DNA of 32,000 nt from Microcystis aeruginosa NIES-2549 (GTDB lineage: Bacteria; Cyanobacteriota; Cyanobacteriia; Cyanobacteriales; Microcystaceae): assembly GCF_000981785.2 (NCBI RefSeq), contig NZ_CP011304.1:1050001-1082000 (forward strand), in the 5' to 3' direction. The notes beneath the pieces were generated by a model, which saw only the letters and a list, made by a program, of their open reading frames with translations, ran no database searches and was not told the DNA's origin. Position 1 is the first letter of the stretch. The number at the start of each line of letters is the position of its first letter. Made by a program: the position numbers and the translations under genes. Of the stretch, positions 6,544 through 16,328 are shown piece after piece.

Positions 6544-6891
6544 TTAACGACGGATTGGTGCCATCGCACCGTCGGCGGCGGCGCGAAAAGGTTCCACTGC
6601 CTCGCTATAATCGATCGGTAAAATAGCCACCACGTTATCGTGAGGACGGGGAATAATTACCCAGGTTTCTAAAGCTGCCCCCTCGGTTTTATTGACGGCT
6701 TCAATGCCGGCAGCCATAGCGGTTTTTACCTCCTGTACATCCCCACGAATATTGAGGGTAAAACGGGCGCTTCCTGCCCTTAAATAACCAACAATCGTGA
6801 TCCGTCCTGCTTTTACCATCGCATCGGCGGCCGCTAGAATACCGGGGAAACCTTTGGTCTCGATCGATCCCACCGCGGGTTGGGCTGTCAT
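6544..6891 (-). CDS. ccmK4: Carboxysome shell protein CcmK4 (BMC-H)
   Basis: 115 aa. AVGSIETKGFPGILAAADAMVKAGRITIVGYLRAGSARFTLNIRGDVQEVKTAMAAGI is near-identical to CcmK4 as recalled from Synechocystis. Confidence 0.9.
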   Translation of the reverse strand: MTAQPAVGSIETKGFPGILAAADAMVKAGRITIVGYLRAGSARFTLNIRGDVQEVKTAMAAGIEAVNKTEGAALETWVIIPRPHDNVVAILPIDYSEAVEPFRAAADGAMAPIRR

Positions 6892-6995
6892 AAATTAACT
6901 CCTAATAACAAAAATCAGATAAGTTCAATTGATAGAATCCAATCTATTTTCCAGTCTTTAACTATAGTCTAGTTTGGGGCCAATCGCTAGGGAAA

Positions 6996-7304
6996 TTAAC
7001 TGCGAAAACGGTCTGACTTAGCCGTATGCTGCACTGGTAAAACCGCCAGTACATTTTCTGGAGGATTCGGTACGATGTAATGACTGACCACATTACCACC
7101 AAAAGCGGTCATCGCTGCCGCTAATCCTGCCTCTACTGCCGGTTTAACCTCGGAAATCGGACCGCGAATCGCCACTAAAAATTCGCCCCTTTCCGCTAGA
7201 TCAAAATAAACTAGGGTGACTCGTCCCCCTTTAACCATGGCATCCGCCGCCGCTAAAACGGGGGGAAAACCCAACGTTTGAATGACTCCGACCGCCTCGG
7301 GCAT
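6996..7304 (-). CDS. ccmK3: Carboxysome shell protein CcmK3 (BMC-H)
   Basis: 102 aa. MPEAVGVIQTLGFPPVLAAADAMVKGGRVTLVYFDLAERGEFLVAIRGP...HYIVPNPPENVLAVLPV. It lies directly upstream of ccmK4, as in the known satellite locus. Confidence 0.9.
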   Translation of the reverse strand: MPEAVGVIQTLGFPPVLAAADAMVKGGRVTLVYFDLAERGEFLVAIRGPISEVKPAVEAGLAAAMTAFGGNVVSHYIVPNPPENVLAVLPVQHTAKSDRFRS

Positions 7305-7331
7305 TTTTCCTGATCTCCTGCGAAAGCAACT

Positions 7332-7850
7332 TTACATTATACCCCGATCCTGTCTTGATATTTTCTTCTGCAAATCCCCGACCGATCGAGCCTGTTTTTT
7401 CTCTAAATACTGTTGATGGGACTGATCGGCCAGATAATAATCTCCTGCGGGTTCGATCAAAGTAACGATATCTTGCTGAAACTTTCCCGATAGTTGTAGT
7501 TGACGCTTGCCAGCAGTGGCGATTAACTTTTGTTCCGGGGTGTGATAGAAAATAATCGATCGATATTGTTCTCCTCGGTCTGGTCCTTGGCGATTTAACT
7601 GAGTCGGATCATGGATTGACCAAAAAACAGCTAATAACGCCTCATAGCTTATTTCTTGGGGATTATAGGCAATTTGTGCCACTTCCGCATGACCGGTAAT
7701 TCGCGATAAGACATCGAGATAACTAGGATTGGGGAAATGTCCACCCATATAACCCACGGAAGTGGCTAAAACCCCTGGTAAACGCCGAAATGCGTCCTCG
7801 GTTTTCCAAAAACAGCCGGCCCCAAAGGTAGCTTTTTCGCCGTTATTCAT
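7332..7850 (-). CDS. msrA: Peptide-methionine (S)-S-oxide reductase
   Basis: GAGCFW active-site motif and GHAEVAQI...[19 protein letters not shown]. Confidence 0.9.
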   Translation of the reverse strand: MNNGEKATFGAGCFWKTEDAFRRLPGVLATSVGYMGGHFPNPSYLDVLSRITGHAEVAQIAYNPQEISYEALLAVFWSIHDPTQLNRQGPDRGEQYRSIIFYHTPEQKLIATAGKRQLQLSGKFQQDIVTLIEPAGDYYLADQSHQQYLEKKQARSVGDLQKKISRQDRGIM

Positions 7851-8610
7851 TTCTCCTCACATCCTTGGCAAATTCTACAACTGCTTTTGTAATTGTCTCG
7901 CTTAAATTAGCATAAACTTTGGCAAAAGGGGGAGCTTTTTCGGTTAATCCTAGGATATCCGCCGTTACCAACACCTGACCATCACAATCTTCCCCCGCAC
8001 CGATACCAATCGTCGGGATAGTCAATTTATCGGTAATAGTAGCGGCTAAATTGGCGGGAATATGTTCCAAAACCAGGGCAAATACTCCCGCTTTCTCCAA
8101 GGCTAAAGCTTCCTCGATTAATCTTTGTGCATCCGATGGAGTTTTTCCCTGCTGACGGTATCCTAAACGATGCACCGACTGGGGAGTTAATCCGATATGA
8201 CCCATAACAGGGATGCCTATCTCGGTTAAACGGCTAATCGTCTCGACCATAGCGGGATAACCTCCCTCTAATTTTACCCCTTGTACTCCCGCTTCCTTTA
8301 ACATCCTTCCCGCCGAGTGAATTGCCTGACTGACACTTTCCTGATAGCTGAGAAAAGGCAAATCACAGACAACTAAAGCTTGTTTTACCCCGCGAGACAC
8401 GGCCGCCGCGTGGTGAATCATCGCCTCTAGGGTGATCGGTAAAGTGGTAGGATAGCCCAAAGCGGTCATAGCTAAGGAATCACCTACCAAGATAATATCA
8501 ATTCCTGCTCGATCGAGCAGTCGCGCGATCGGATAATCCCAAGCTGTGAGGGTGACAATCGCGCGTTTTTGCTGTTTCCACTCGATTAATTTGCTGGTGG
8601 TGACTGCCAT
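7843..8610 (-). CDS. panB: 3-methyl-2-oxobutanoate hydroxymethyltransferase
   Basis: LTAWDY....[21 protein letters not shown]...VVCDLPF.SY...KLEGG are the PanB hallmarks. The 3' end overlaps the msrA start by 8 nt. Confidence 0.9.
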   Translation of the reverse strand: MAVTTSKLIEWKQQKRAIVTLTAWDYPIARLLDRAGIDIILVGDSLAMTALGYPTTLPITLEAMIHHAAAVSRGVKQALVVCDLPFLSYQESVSQAIHSAGRMLKEAGVQGVKLEGGYPAMVETISRLTEIGIPVMGHIGLTPQSVHRLGYRQQGKTPSDAQRLIEEALALEKAGVFALVLEHIPANLAATITDKLTIPTIGIGAGEDCDGQVLVTADILGLTEKAPPFAKVYANLSETITKAVVEFAKDVRRNE

Positions 8611-8613
8611 TCT

Positions 8614-9306
8614 TTATTCACTGCGGACAGCTTCGAGGATACGGGAAAAATAGAAACGAGTGCTAGTCATACTCGTCCGTTCAATTTTAAAGCCATTTTC
8701 GTTTAAAGCGGCGATAATAGTTTTTTCCTTGTGTTGATAAGCGCGAGTGGTTTTACTCGGACCGGGGAAAAATTGACCAATTTTCTTGAGAATGGTTAAT
8801 AAACAGGTTTTAGGGGCAAAACTGAGGATTAAACGGGATTGAGCTAGGGATCCCAGGTGTTTAATCATTCCTAATGCTTCTTCTGTGGGATAGTGAATGA
8901 GAACATCAAGACAGATGACTGTGTGATATTGGCCGGTTAATGCTTCTAAATCTTGAACGGCAAAGGTGAGTTTACTGGTATCTGCTAACTCTTTGGCCGC
9001 TCTTTCCTTGGCTTCTGTCACCATTTTCTCAGAAATATCACTGGCGAAAATAGTTGCGCCCGCTTTAGCGAGGGGAATACTGAGACTACCGACTCCACAA
9101 CCAGCATCACAGATTGAGAGATTGGGCAAATTGTCATCATTTTCTAACCAACCGATAACGGTATCGATCGTCTGTTGATGACCGATGCGAATATCTTTTT
9201 GTACTTTGTTAACTTCGCCATCCCCATAAATCCGGCGCCAGCGATCGAATCCTGTGGCATTAAAATAGTCCTTGACTATGGCTTTATCGTCTAATGTGTT
9301 GGTCAT
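8614..9306 (-). CDS. chlM: Magnesium-protoporphyrin IX O-methyltransferase
   Basis: YFNATGFDRWRRIYGDGEVNKVQKDIRIGHQQTID and the SAM motif DAGCGVG. 3-nt gap to panB. Confidence 0.9.
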   Translation of the reverse strand: MTNTLDDKAIVKDYFNATGFDRWRRIYGDGEVNKVQKDIRIGHQQTIDTVIGWLENDDNLPNLSICDAGCGVGSLSIPLAKAGATIFASDISEKMVTEAKERAAKELADTSKLTFAVQDLEALTGQYHTVICLDVLIHYPTEEALGMIKHLGSLAQSRLILSFAPKTCLLTILKKIGQFFPGPSKTTRAYQHKEKTIIAALNENGFKIERTSMTSTRFYFSRILEAVRSE

Positions 9307-9541
9307 AAGGAAATCTAAACGAGTGGTCTCTGAGCTACGCCGAAAAGCGGAGATGGTTATTAGTTTATCCTACCGTGAAAGCTCTCAACCGTTGCCGCTG
9401 ATGGCTGATTCCTGACTGCTCAGGAAAGGACCCGGAGCGATGGCAACTCTGTGGAAAAGCTTAATTTGTTTTCCGCTTCACTTTTAGTTAACCTAAATTG
9501 AATATCATGTAATCGTCCCAAGATCGATCAGTAAGGGTTCC

Positions 9542-10963
9542 ATGTCAATTATTAACCATAGAACTAAGATCGTAGCCACGATCGGCCCTGCCAGTAATTC
9601 GCCAGAAGTCCTCAAGCAGATGATCGGTGCGGGGATGAATGTAGCGCGGCTAAACTTTTCCCACGGTAGCTACGAAGATCATGCGAGAGTTGTTAGTCTT
9701 TTACGGCAAATTTCTCAAGAATTAGACAATCCTATCACCCTCCTGCAAGATTTACAAGGGCCAAAAATTCGCGTCGGCAATCTCCCCAATGGTTCGATTT
9801 CCATCAACGACGGCGATTATCTCACCCTTGTCCCCATGGATGAGTATCGGGGAGAAGCGAACACGGTTTCGATCGATTATCCCTATCTGGCCGAGGAAGC
9901 CAAGTTAGGTGAGCAAATTCTCCTTGATGATGGCTTATTAGAGCTAAAAATCGTTGAAATTAACGGAAAAGACCTAAAATGTCAAGTGTTGGAGGGAGGA
10001 ATTCTCAAGAGTCGCAAGGGAGTCAATCTACCCCGTCTCAATTTGCGCTTACCTTCCATGACCGAAAAAGACAAACAAGACCTAGAATTTGGTCTTTCTC
10101 AGGGGGTTGATTGGGTTTCCCTCAGTTTTGTTCGTAAAGGAGAAGATATCAAGGCGATTAAGGCATTTTTAGCCGAGAGAAATCACGCGGATGTGCCAGT
10201 GATAGCTAAAATTGAAAAACCGCAAGCGATCGAAAATTTAGAGTCAATTATCGAGGAATGTGACGGCATTATGGTGGCCCGGGGCGATTTGGGGGTAGAA
10301 TTAAGTCCCGAAAAAGTCCCCATGTTGCAAAAACGCATCATCAGACTCTGCAATATGAAAACTATTCCCGTCATCACTGCCACCCAGATGTTAGAAAGCA
10401 TGATTCACAATCCCCGACCGACTCGGGCCGAGGCCAGTGATGTGGCTAATGCAATTATCGATGGAACCGATGCGGTGATGTTATCGGGGGAATCAGCAGT
10501 GGGAGATTTTCCCGTCAAAGCTGTGGCTATGTTGGCCAAAATCGCCCATGATGTGGAAGCGGATGTGAAGTTTGATAATGTTCCCCCCAATCAGTCCGAT
10601 GAAACTCACGCTCTCAGTGAGGCTTTAGTGGCGATCGATCAAACCCTTGATCTCCGTTATATTGTTACTTTTACCACCTCTGGCTACACTTCGCTACTGG
10701 CTTCTAAGGAACGTCCCTCGGTTCCCGTCATTGCCATGACTCCCAATAAACGAGTCTATCACCGTCTCAACCTAGTCTGGGGTGTGATCCCGATTCTTCT
10801 TGATCATCAGGTGTCCGTCTTTGAGGATGTGTTAAAGCAAACCGAATCAATTCTGCTGCAGAAAAATCTAGCGCAATCGGGCGATAAAATCCTGATTATG
10901 GCGGGAATTCCCATGCAGAAAACTAAAGGCACCAATTTCCTCAAAATTCACACGATTCCCTAA
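9542..10963 (+). CDS. pyk: Pyruvate kinase
   Basis: [37 protein letters not shown] and TQMLESM motifs over the full 473 aa. Confidence 0.95.
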   Translation: MSIINHRTKIVATIGPASNSPEVLKQMIGAGMNVARLNFSHGSYEDHARVVSLLRQISQELDNPITLLQDLQGPKIRVGNLPNGSISINDGDYLTLVPMDEYRGEANTVSIDYPYLAEEAKLGEQILLDDGLLELKIVEINGKDLKCQVLEGGILKSRKGVNLPRLNLRLPSMTEKDKQDLEFGLSQGVDWVSLSFVRKGEDIKAIKAFLAERNHADVPVIAKIEKPQAIENLESIIEECDGIMVARGDLGVELSPEKVPMLQKRIIRLCNMKTIPVITATQMLESMIHNPRPTRAEASDVANAIIDGTDAVMLSGESAVGDFPVKAVAMLAKIAHDVEADVKFDNVPPNQSDETHALSEALVAIDQTLDLRYIVTFTTSGYTSLLASKERPSVPVIAMTPNKRVYHRLNLVWGVIPILLDHQVSVFEDVLKQTESILLQKNLAQSGDKILIMAGIPMQKTKGTNFLKIHTIP

Positions 10964-10974
10964 GTTCTAGGATT

Positions 10975-11039
10975 CAGGAGTCAGGGTACAGGAGATAGGA
11001 GATAGGAGATTATTTCTATTTATTCTCCCCACACCCCAC
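10975..11039. repeat. STRR-like composite: purine-rich heptamers (AGGAGAT), AT spacer, CCCCACA tract
   Basis: caggagtcagggtacaggagataggagataggagat - tatttctatttatt - ctccccacaccccac. The architecture and spacer are the same as at 21310-21440. Confidence 0.8.
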
Positions 11040-11133
11040 GAAAAACTTTTTGCCGCAAACCCTAGATACAGATTTTGGGCGGTGGATTGGTTGTGATAGA
11101 AATATAAATATCGATCGCTTGCTATCAATATTG

Positions 11134-11931
11134 ATGAAAAGACGATATTTTCTGGCTTTTATCGGCTCAATTGCCCTTAGTTGCTTATTATCTGCGGGCA
11201 TAAACCTTTTTTCATCTACTATCACCACCGCCCAAACCCAGACAATTCTAGTTTCTGCCGCCGCTAGTCTCAAAGAGGCCCTAGAAGAAATCAAGCCGGG
11301 GTTTGAAAAAGCCCATAGTAACATTAAAGTTAACTATAACTTCGGTGCGTCGGGGGCTTTGCAACAGCAAATTACACAAGGTGCGCCGGCCGATGTTTTC
11401 CTCTCGGCTGCGACTAAGCAAATGGACGCTTTAGCAAAAGCTGGTTTAATCGATACAACTACCAGAAGAAACCTGCTCACTAATCGCCTAGTTTTAATCG
11501 TTCCCAAGAATTCCACCCTAAAAATCAGCGATTTTCCTTCCCTGACTAACAGTAATGTCAAAAGAATTGCCGTGGGTGAACCGCGCAGCGTTCCCGCCGG
11601 TCAGTACAGTGAAGAAGTTCTGAAAAATCTCGGCATTTTAGAGCAAATAAAACCAAAACTGGTCTTTGCCAACTCTGTCCGTAATGTTCTCGCCGCCGTA
11701 GAAACTGGTAACGCCGATGCTGGCATTGTTTACCTCACCGATGCCAAAATTTCCGACCGGGTAAAAGTAGTGGCTACGGCTGCCAATAATCTCCATTCTC
11801 CGATTATTTATCCCATAGCTGTGATTAAAGACAGCAAAAACCCGCAAGCTGCCAAGACTTTCGCCCAATATCTCACCAGCACAGCCGCTAAAAACATTTT
11901 TGAAAAATTCGGCTTCGGAATAGCCAGATAA
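11134..11931 (+). CDS. modA: Molybdate ABC transporter substrate-binding protein
   Basis: The start is moved to ATG 11134, giving a signal-peptide-like MKRRYFLAFIGSIALSCLLSAG. VSAAASLKEALEEI...NFGASGAL..QI.QGAPADVFLSA is the ModA signature. Confidence 0.9.
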   Translation: MKRRYFLAFIGSIALSCLLSAGINLFSSTITTAQTQTILVSAAASLKEALEEIKPGFEKAHSNIKVNYNFGASGALQQQITQGAPADVFLSAATKQMDALAKAGLIDTTTRRNLLTNRLVLIVPKNSTLKISDFPSLTNSNVKRIAVGEPRSVPAGQYSEEVLKNLGILEQIKPKLVFANSVRNVLAAVETGNADAGIVYLTDAKISDRVKVVATAANNLHSPIIYPIAVIKDSKNPQAAKTFAQYLTSTAAKNIFEKFGFGIAR

Positions 11932-11934
11932 ACA

Positions 11935-13773
11935 ATGCCCGACTTTTCCCCCCTATGGATATCCCTGAAAACCGCCACCATTGCCCTGATAATCATCTTT
12001 TTTCTCGGTATTGCCGCCGCTTATTGGATGTTAGGCTATCGTGGACGGTGGAAATCCCTAATCGAGGCAGTTTTCGTCGCACCCTTAATCTTGCCCCCGA
12101 CGGTGCTAGGCTTCATTTTACTGCTTCTATTCGGCAAAAACGGACCATTAGGACAGTTATTAGACCTATTTAACTTTCGCATCGTTTTTACTTGGTATGC
12201 CGCCATCATCACCGCGACGGTGGTGGCTTTTCCCCTGATGTACAAAACCACCCTCGGGGCTTTTGAACAGGTGGATGCCAGTCTTTTACAGGTTGCCCGC
12301 ACCCTAGGGGCATCGGAAGGGAAAATATTCTGGCGCCTACTTTTGCCCCTCTCCTTCCCCGGGGTATTAGCAGGATTAACCCTAGCTTTTGCCCGCGCTT
12401 TGGGGGAATTTGGGGCGACTTTGATGTTAGCGGGTAATATTCCGGGGCAAACTCAAACTATCCCGATGGCGATTTTCTTCGCTGTGGAAGCAGGAGCGAT
12501 GACTGAGGCTTGGATATGGGTGTTTATTATCATGTTAATCTCTCTATCGGGGATTATCGCCGTTAATCTCTGGCAAAGTCAACGCAAACAGCAATTAGGA
12601 CGACCGGGAGAAAGCAAACCTAACGAGATGGAGGACTGGCTGCCACCCTGGGAGGGTCGCGATTTTGCCCTTTTAGAAGCTGAAAATCAGCATTATAGGG
12701 ATAAAATAGGCTTATTTGTCGATATAGAGAAACATTTACCCGGTTTTAACCTCTCGGTCGCTTTTAACTGCCAAAATCAGCCCCTAGGATTATTAGGGGC
12801 TTCGGGTTCGGGAAAAAGCCTCATTTTGCGATCGCTGGCTGGTGTGGAAACGCCCTCAAGGGGTCGTATTGTCTTAAATGGGCGCATTCTCTTCGATTCC
12901 GAAAAGGGAATTAATCTCCCCAGTCGTCAGCGTCGTATCGGTTTTGTGGTGCAGAATTATGCCCTTTTTCCCCATCTCACCGTGGCGGAAAATATCGCTT
13001 TTAGTCTCCCGAAAAACTTATCTAAAAAAGTTATTAAACAGCAGATTGCCACTCAATTAGAATTAGTGCAGTTACCCGGCATGGAAAACCGTTATCCCCA
13101 TCAATTATCGGGGGGACAACAGCAACGAGTCGCCATCGCTCGCGCTTTAGCTAGTCGTCCGGAAGCTTTATTATTAGATGAGCCTTTTTCTGCCCTTGAT
13201 ACCCATCTACGCGCTCAATTAGAACGTCAGATGATCAAAACTTTAAGTAATTACGATGGCGTGACAATTTTTGTTACCCATAATATGGATGAAGCTTATC
13301 GAATATGTGAGAATTTATTAGTTATGGAAAAAGGGCGGGCTATTGCTAATAATTCTAAACAGAAAATTTTTGAGCGACCAGATAGCGTTAGTTTGGCCAA
13401 GATTACTGGCTGTAAGAATTTTTCGCGTGCTATTATAATTAATAATCAACAATTAGAAGCCATTGATTGGGATGTTAAATTACACACCGTCCCCGGAATT
13501 ACCGACTATTTAACCTATACGGGAATTCGCGCCCATCAAATTATTTTTGGTCGAGATTTAGGCAATATTAATACTTTTCCCTGTTGGTTAGCTAATGCCA
13601 TTGAAGGACCTCATCGGGTGACTCTCTATCTGAAACTTAATCAACCCTCCAACCACGACCGCGATTTTCATATCCAAGCAGAGTTATATAAAGATAAATG
13701 GTTAGAAATTAAGGAGCAAGCTTTGCCTTGGACTGTTACTTTATCTCCCCAGCGTTTATTATTATTAAAGTAA
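11935..13773 (+). CDS. modBC: Fused molybdate ABC transporter permease (ModB) and ATP-binding protein (ModC)
   Basis: N-terminal ~215 aa are a multi-helix permease with the EAA-like loop ARTLGAS....F..LLLP. The C-terminal half has Walker A GASGSGKS, signature LSGGQQQRV, Walker B LLLDEP and a TOBE-like tail. 3-nt gap after modA. Confidence 0.9.
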   Translation: MPDFSPLWISLKTATIALIIIFFLGIAAAYWMLGYRGRWKSLIEAVFVAPLILPPTVLGFILLLLFGKNGPLGQLLDLFNFRIVFTWYAAIITATVVAFPLMYKTTLGAFEQVDASLLQVARTLGASEGKIFWRLLLPLSFPGVLAGLTLAFARALGEFGATLMLAGNIPGQTQTIPMAIFFAVEAGAMTEAWIWVFIIMLISLSGIIAVNLWQSQRKQQLGRPGESKPNEMEDWLPPWEGRDFALLEAENQHYRDKIGLFVDIEKHLPGFNLSVAFNCQNQPLGLLGASGSGKSLILRSLAGVETPSRGRIVLNGRILFDSEKGINLPSRQRRIGFVVQNYALFPHLTVAENIAFSLPKNLSKKVIKQQIATQLELVQLPGMENRYPHQLSGGQQQRVAIARALASRPEALLLDEPFSALDTHLRAQLERQMIKTLSNYDGVTIFVTHNMDEAYRICENLLVMEKGRAIANNSKQKIFERPDSVSLAKITGCKNFSRAIIINNQQLEAIDWDVKLHTVPGITDYLTYTGIRAHQIIFGRDLGNINTFPCWLANAIEGPHRVTLYLKLNQPSNHDRDFHIQAELYKDKWLEIKEQALPWTVTLSPQRLLLLK

Positions 13774-14054
13774 TGGGCTAATTTTTCTCAAGTGCTGACA
13801 GATATAAAGCTTCTAAAATCCCAGACCATCCCGTTAAATACCCGATCCTGTCATTAGTTAGTAAAAATGTTATAATTGTAGTTATAAAGTCATGAATGAA
13901 AAGGGATCTTTTGATTGGATAATGCGAGTGAATTTACACTTAACCACTCCTGATGCAATGCTGGATGAAATGTTATAAATAGCAGCAGCGGTCGCTTGGA
14001 AGATATTCCGAAAAAAGCGAAATTGAATTTATTACAGCACTTTTCATGACAATC

Positions 14055-14383
14055 AAGTACAATAATAGGGGGAAGAAATCATCTCCGGGAAAACAATACA
14101 ATGGGAAGGAGCCGTATTAATCATGGATAACTTAAGAGCGCATAAAGTGGCAGGGGTTGAACAAATGCTAGAAGCAGCCAGGGTACGAGTGATTTATTTA
14201 TCTCCTTACTCACTGGATTTTAACCCGATAGAACATCTTTGGTGGCAATTAAAATCTCTCGTGAAAAAATTCGCCCCGACAACGGAAGAAGCCTTAAAAG
14301 CTATCTTAAATCTTGACTTGATGCTAGTGAGCGAGAAACATTTGAGAAACTACTTCACCCATTGCTGTTATTGTACTTCTTAG
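14055..14383 (+). mobile_element. IS630-family transposase remnant (C-terminal ~110 codons only), bracketed by an 11-bp inverted repeat
   Basis: GAVLIMDNLRAHK...YLSPYSLDFNPIEHLWWQLK is the IS630/Tc1 DDE C-terminal signature. The N-terminal two thirds are absent. aagtacaataa at 14055-14065 is inverted at 14368-14378. Confidence 0.75.
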
Positions 14384-14450
14384 TTCGGCAAAGTACTTTA
14401 GTAGATTTTAGTTGTATCAGTTCACCCCATTTACTTAACCTTAATAACTA

Positions 14451-15056
14451 ATGTCTAGACTGGTAAATAAATTACAATCCTATTATCGACAGGACGCAGG
14501 GACTTACTTAATTGAAATTAAACTTAATCAGTTACAGCAAGTCTTTAATTCTCTCGATCCTTCGCCATTTTTAGATAGAGATTTAGACGATAACGCCGAA
14601 AATTATATTATTAACTCTGTGGATGAATTTCCCCTCAATACTCCCCTTAAATTAGTCTTTTATCTCCCCAGTCAAGAACAGAACACCGCCCGAAATCTGT
14701 TACCCTCAGCTTTACATAATTATTTTGACTATCGCCAACAGGGAGAACAAAGAAAATTACGCACGATTTGGCGACAGGGACGCATATCTTTAATAATTGG
14801 TCTCTCCTTTCTTTTTGTTTGTTTGAGTCTCAGCGAATTAATTAGTCGTTTTGGCAGTGATACATTTATTCACTTCTTAGAAGAAGGATTATTAATTAGT
14901 GGTTGGGTGGCCCTCTGGCGACCTTTAGAAATCTTTCTTTACGAATGGTGGCCTGTCAGTTATCAACAAAAGATTTTTGCTAAACTGGCCTACATCCCCA
15001 TTGAAATCCGTCTATTAGAGGAACCATCCACCCCGGACTCTTTTCAACAGATCTAA
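14451..15056 (+). CDS. Hypothetical membrane protein with two predicted TM helices
   Basis: 201-aa ORF. Hydrophobic stretches ISLIIGLSFLFVCLSLSELI and GLLISGWVALWRPLEIFLY. I could not assign a family. Confidence 0.6.
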   Translation: MSRLVNKLQSYYRQDAGTYLIEIKLNQLQQVFNSLDPSPFLDRDLDDNAENYIINSVDEFPLNTPLKLVFYLPSQEQNTARNLLPSALHNYFDYRQQGEQRKLRTIWRQGRISLIIGLSFLFVCLSLSELISRFGSDTFIHFLEEGLLISGWVALWRPLEIFLYEWWPVSYQQKIFAKLAYIPIEIRLLEEPSTPDSFQQI

Positions 15057-15273
15057 TCCTGCCGATGGCTTGTGTTCAAAGTTACAAAGCTTTTATTTGA
15101 AGCAGTTTACAATAAAAGTAATTCTCTACAAAGCTTATCGGGTTTCAGCTTGGCTATTACTTTATACTCAAACTTTTAACTAAGTAGTCGGGCCTAACTT
15201 TTTTCAGTCTGGCGATTATTGGCGTTTCATCCCGACAAATCCCGACAAAATTGCTATCTAGATAGGAGTCCTA

Positions 15274-16092
15274 ATGTTAATCCGTGTTGGTTATGAATTT
15301 GGCTTTGATGCCCCCTTACCCGTGGTTATGTTGTTAAAACTTTATCTACACCCCTCAATTTTAGCTCAAGTTAGACAATCGGAAAACTTGCAGGTGGAAC
15401 CGGCAACAAAAATAGAAGAATTTTTAGATAGCTTCGGCAATCGAACCAGTCGTCTAATTTTACCCGCTGGACAGATCCGCATTCACAATGAAGCAGTTAT
15501 CGAGAATGAATGGAAACCTGATATTGTTAATTGGAATGCCCAAGAAATTCCTTTAGCAGAGTTACCAACCCACGTTTTTCCCTACCTCATGAGTAGCCGT
15601 TATTGTGAAGTAGATTTGCTTGCGGAAATTGCCTGGGAACTTTTCGGACAAACTCCCCCCGGTTGGGCAAGGGTACAAGCGGTTTGTGATTGGGTTCATA
15701 GTCACATTAGTTTTGGTTATGAATACGCGCGGGTGACGAAAACCGCCTATGATGTCTATCGGGAAAGAAAGGGGGTTTGTCGCGATTTTAACCATCTAGC
15801 TTTGACTTTTTGCCGTTGCCTCAATATTCCCGCCCGTTATGCCTCCGGCTATCTCGGAGATATCGGTATTTCTCCCCAACCTCTACCGATGGATTTTAGT
15901 GCTTGGTTTGAAGTCTATTTGGACCATCAATGGTACACTTTCGATGCTCGTCATAACACCCCCAGAATCGGGCGGATTTTAATGACTCGCGGCTTAGATG
16001 CCGTCGATGCTGCCCTAACAACTTCTTTTGGTCAAGTAAATTTAACAAAATTTAAAGTATGGACGAGCGATGTTTCTCACCTCTATGCTTAA
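15274..16092 (+). CDS. Transglutaminase-like cysteine protease family protein
   Basis: Catalytic core GVCRDFNHL...ARYASGY...W.EVY....W..FDARHN (Cys-His-Asp arrangement) preceded by a bacterial transglutaminase N-terminal-type region. Confidence 0.85.
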   Translation: MLIRVGYEFGFDAPLPVVMLLKLYLHPSILAQVRQSENLQVEPATKIEEFLDSFGNRTSRLILPAGQIRIHNEAVIENEWKPDIVNWNAQEIPLAELPTHVFPYLMSSRYCEVDLLAEIAWELFGQTPPGWARVQAVCDWVHSHISFGYEYARVTKTAYDVYRERKGVCRDFNHLALTFCRCLNIPARYASGYLGDIGISPQPLPMDFSAWFEVYLDHQWYTFDARHNTPRIGRILMTRGLDAVDAALTTSFGQVNLTKFKVWTSDVSHLYA

Positions 16093-16328
16093 TCAGAGTA
16101 TTTAGTGAACCTCTTGCATAATTAATTTTTGAGGGTTCAAAAACGGCAAAAATAAGGATTAAATTGCAGAAAATCTGTAAATAGAGTTTGCTGAATAAAT
16201 CTAAAAACTTGGTTGGATAAAACTTTTAGACTTTTTTGACATCAAAAAGTGCCAGCCATTGGAGTGAACGGGGAGAATAAAACCCTACACCCCACCAACA
16301 AGATTTTTCAGCAAAACCCAGATAAAAT

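Noticed and set aside
8966-9178. Plus-strand ORF inside chlM; the same applies to 15562-15795(-) inside the transglutaminase gene
   Set aside because: They are antisense to motif-complete genes.
10183-10590. Minus-strand ORFs inside pyk
   Set aside because: They are antisense to a complete pyruvate kinase gene and no family was recognised.
10964-11133. Moco riboswitch upstream of modA
   Set aside because: The region is mostly STRR-like repeat, and I could not see the conserved Moco motif elements. This needs an Infernal scan to be definitive.
11016-11996. Four minus-strand ORFs antisense to modA, and the TTG-initiated 5' extension of modA from 11050
   Set aside because: The antisense ORFs have no support. 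The 28-codon extension precedes a canonical signal peptide that begins at ATG 11134 and runs through the repeat-containing spacer.
11955-13060. ORFs 11955-12173(+), 12036-12302(-) and 12878-13060(+) inside modBC
   Set aside because: They are out of frame or antisense within a motif-complete ABC permease-ATPase fusion.
13892-13978. 28-codon ORF (MNEKGSFDWIMRVNLHLTTPDAMLDEML) and other short frames in the AT-rich 13774-14054 spacer, considered as further transposase fragments
   Set aside because: I could not match them to any transposase family by eye, so the region is left unannotated.
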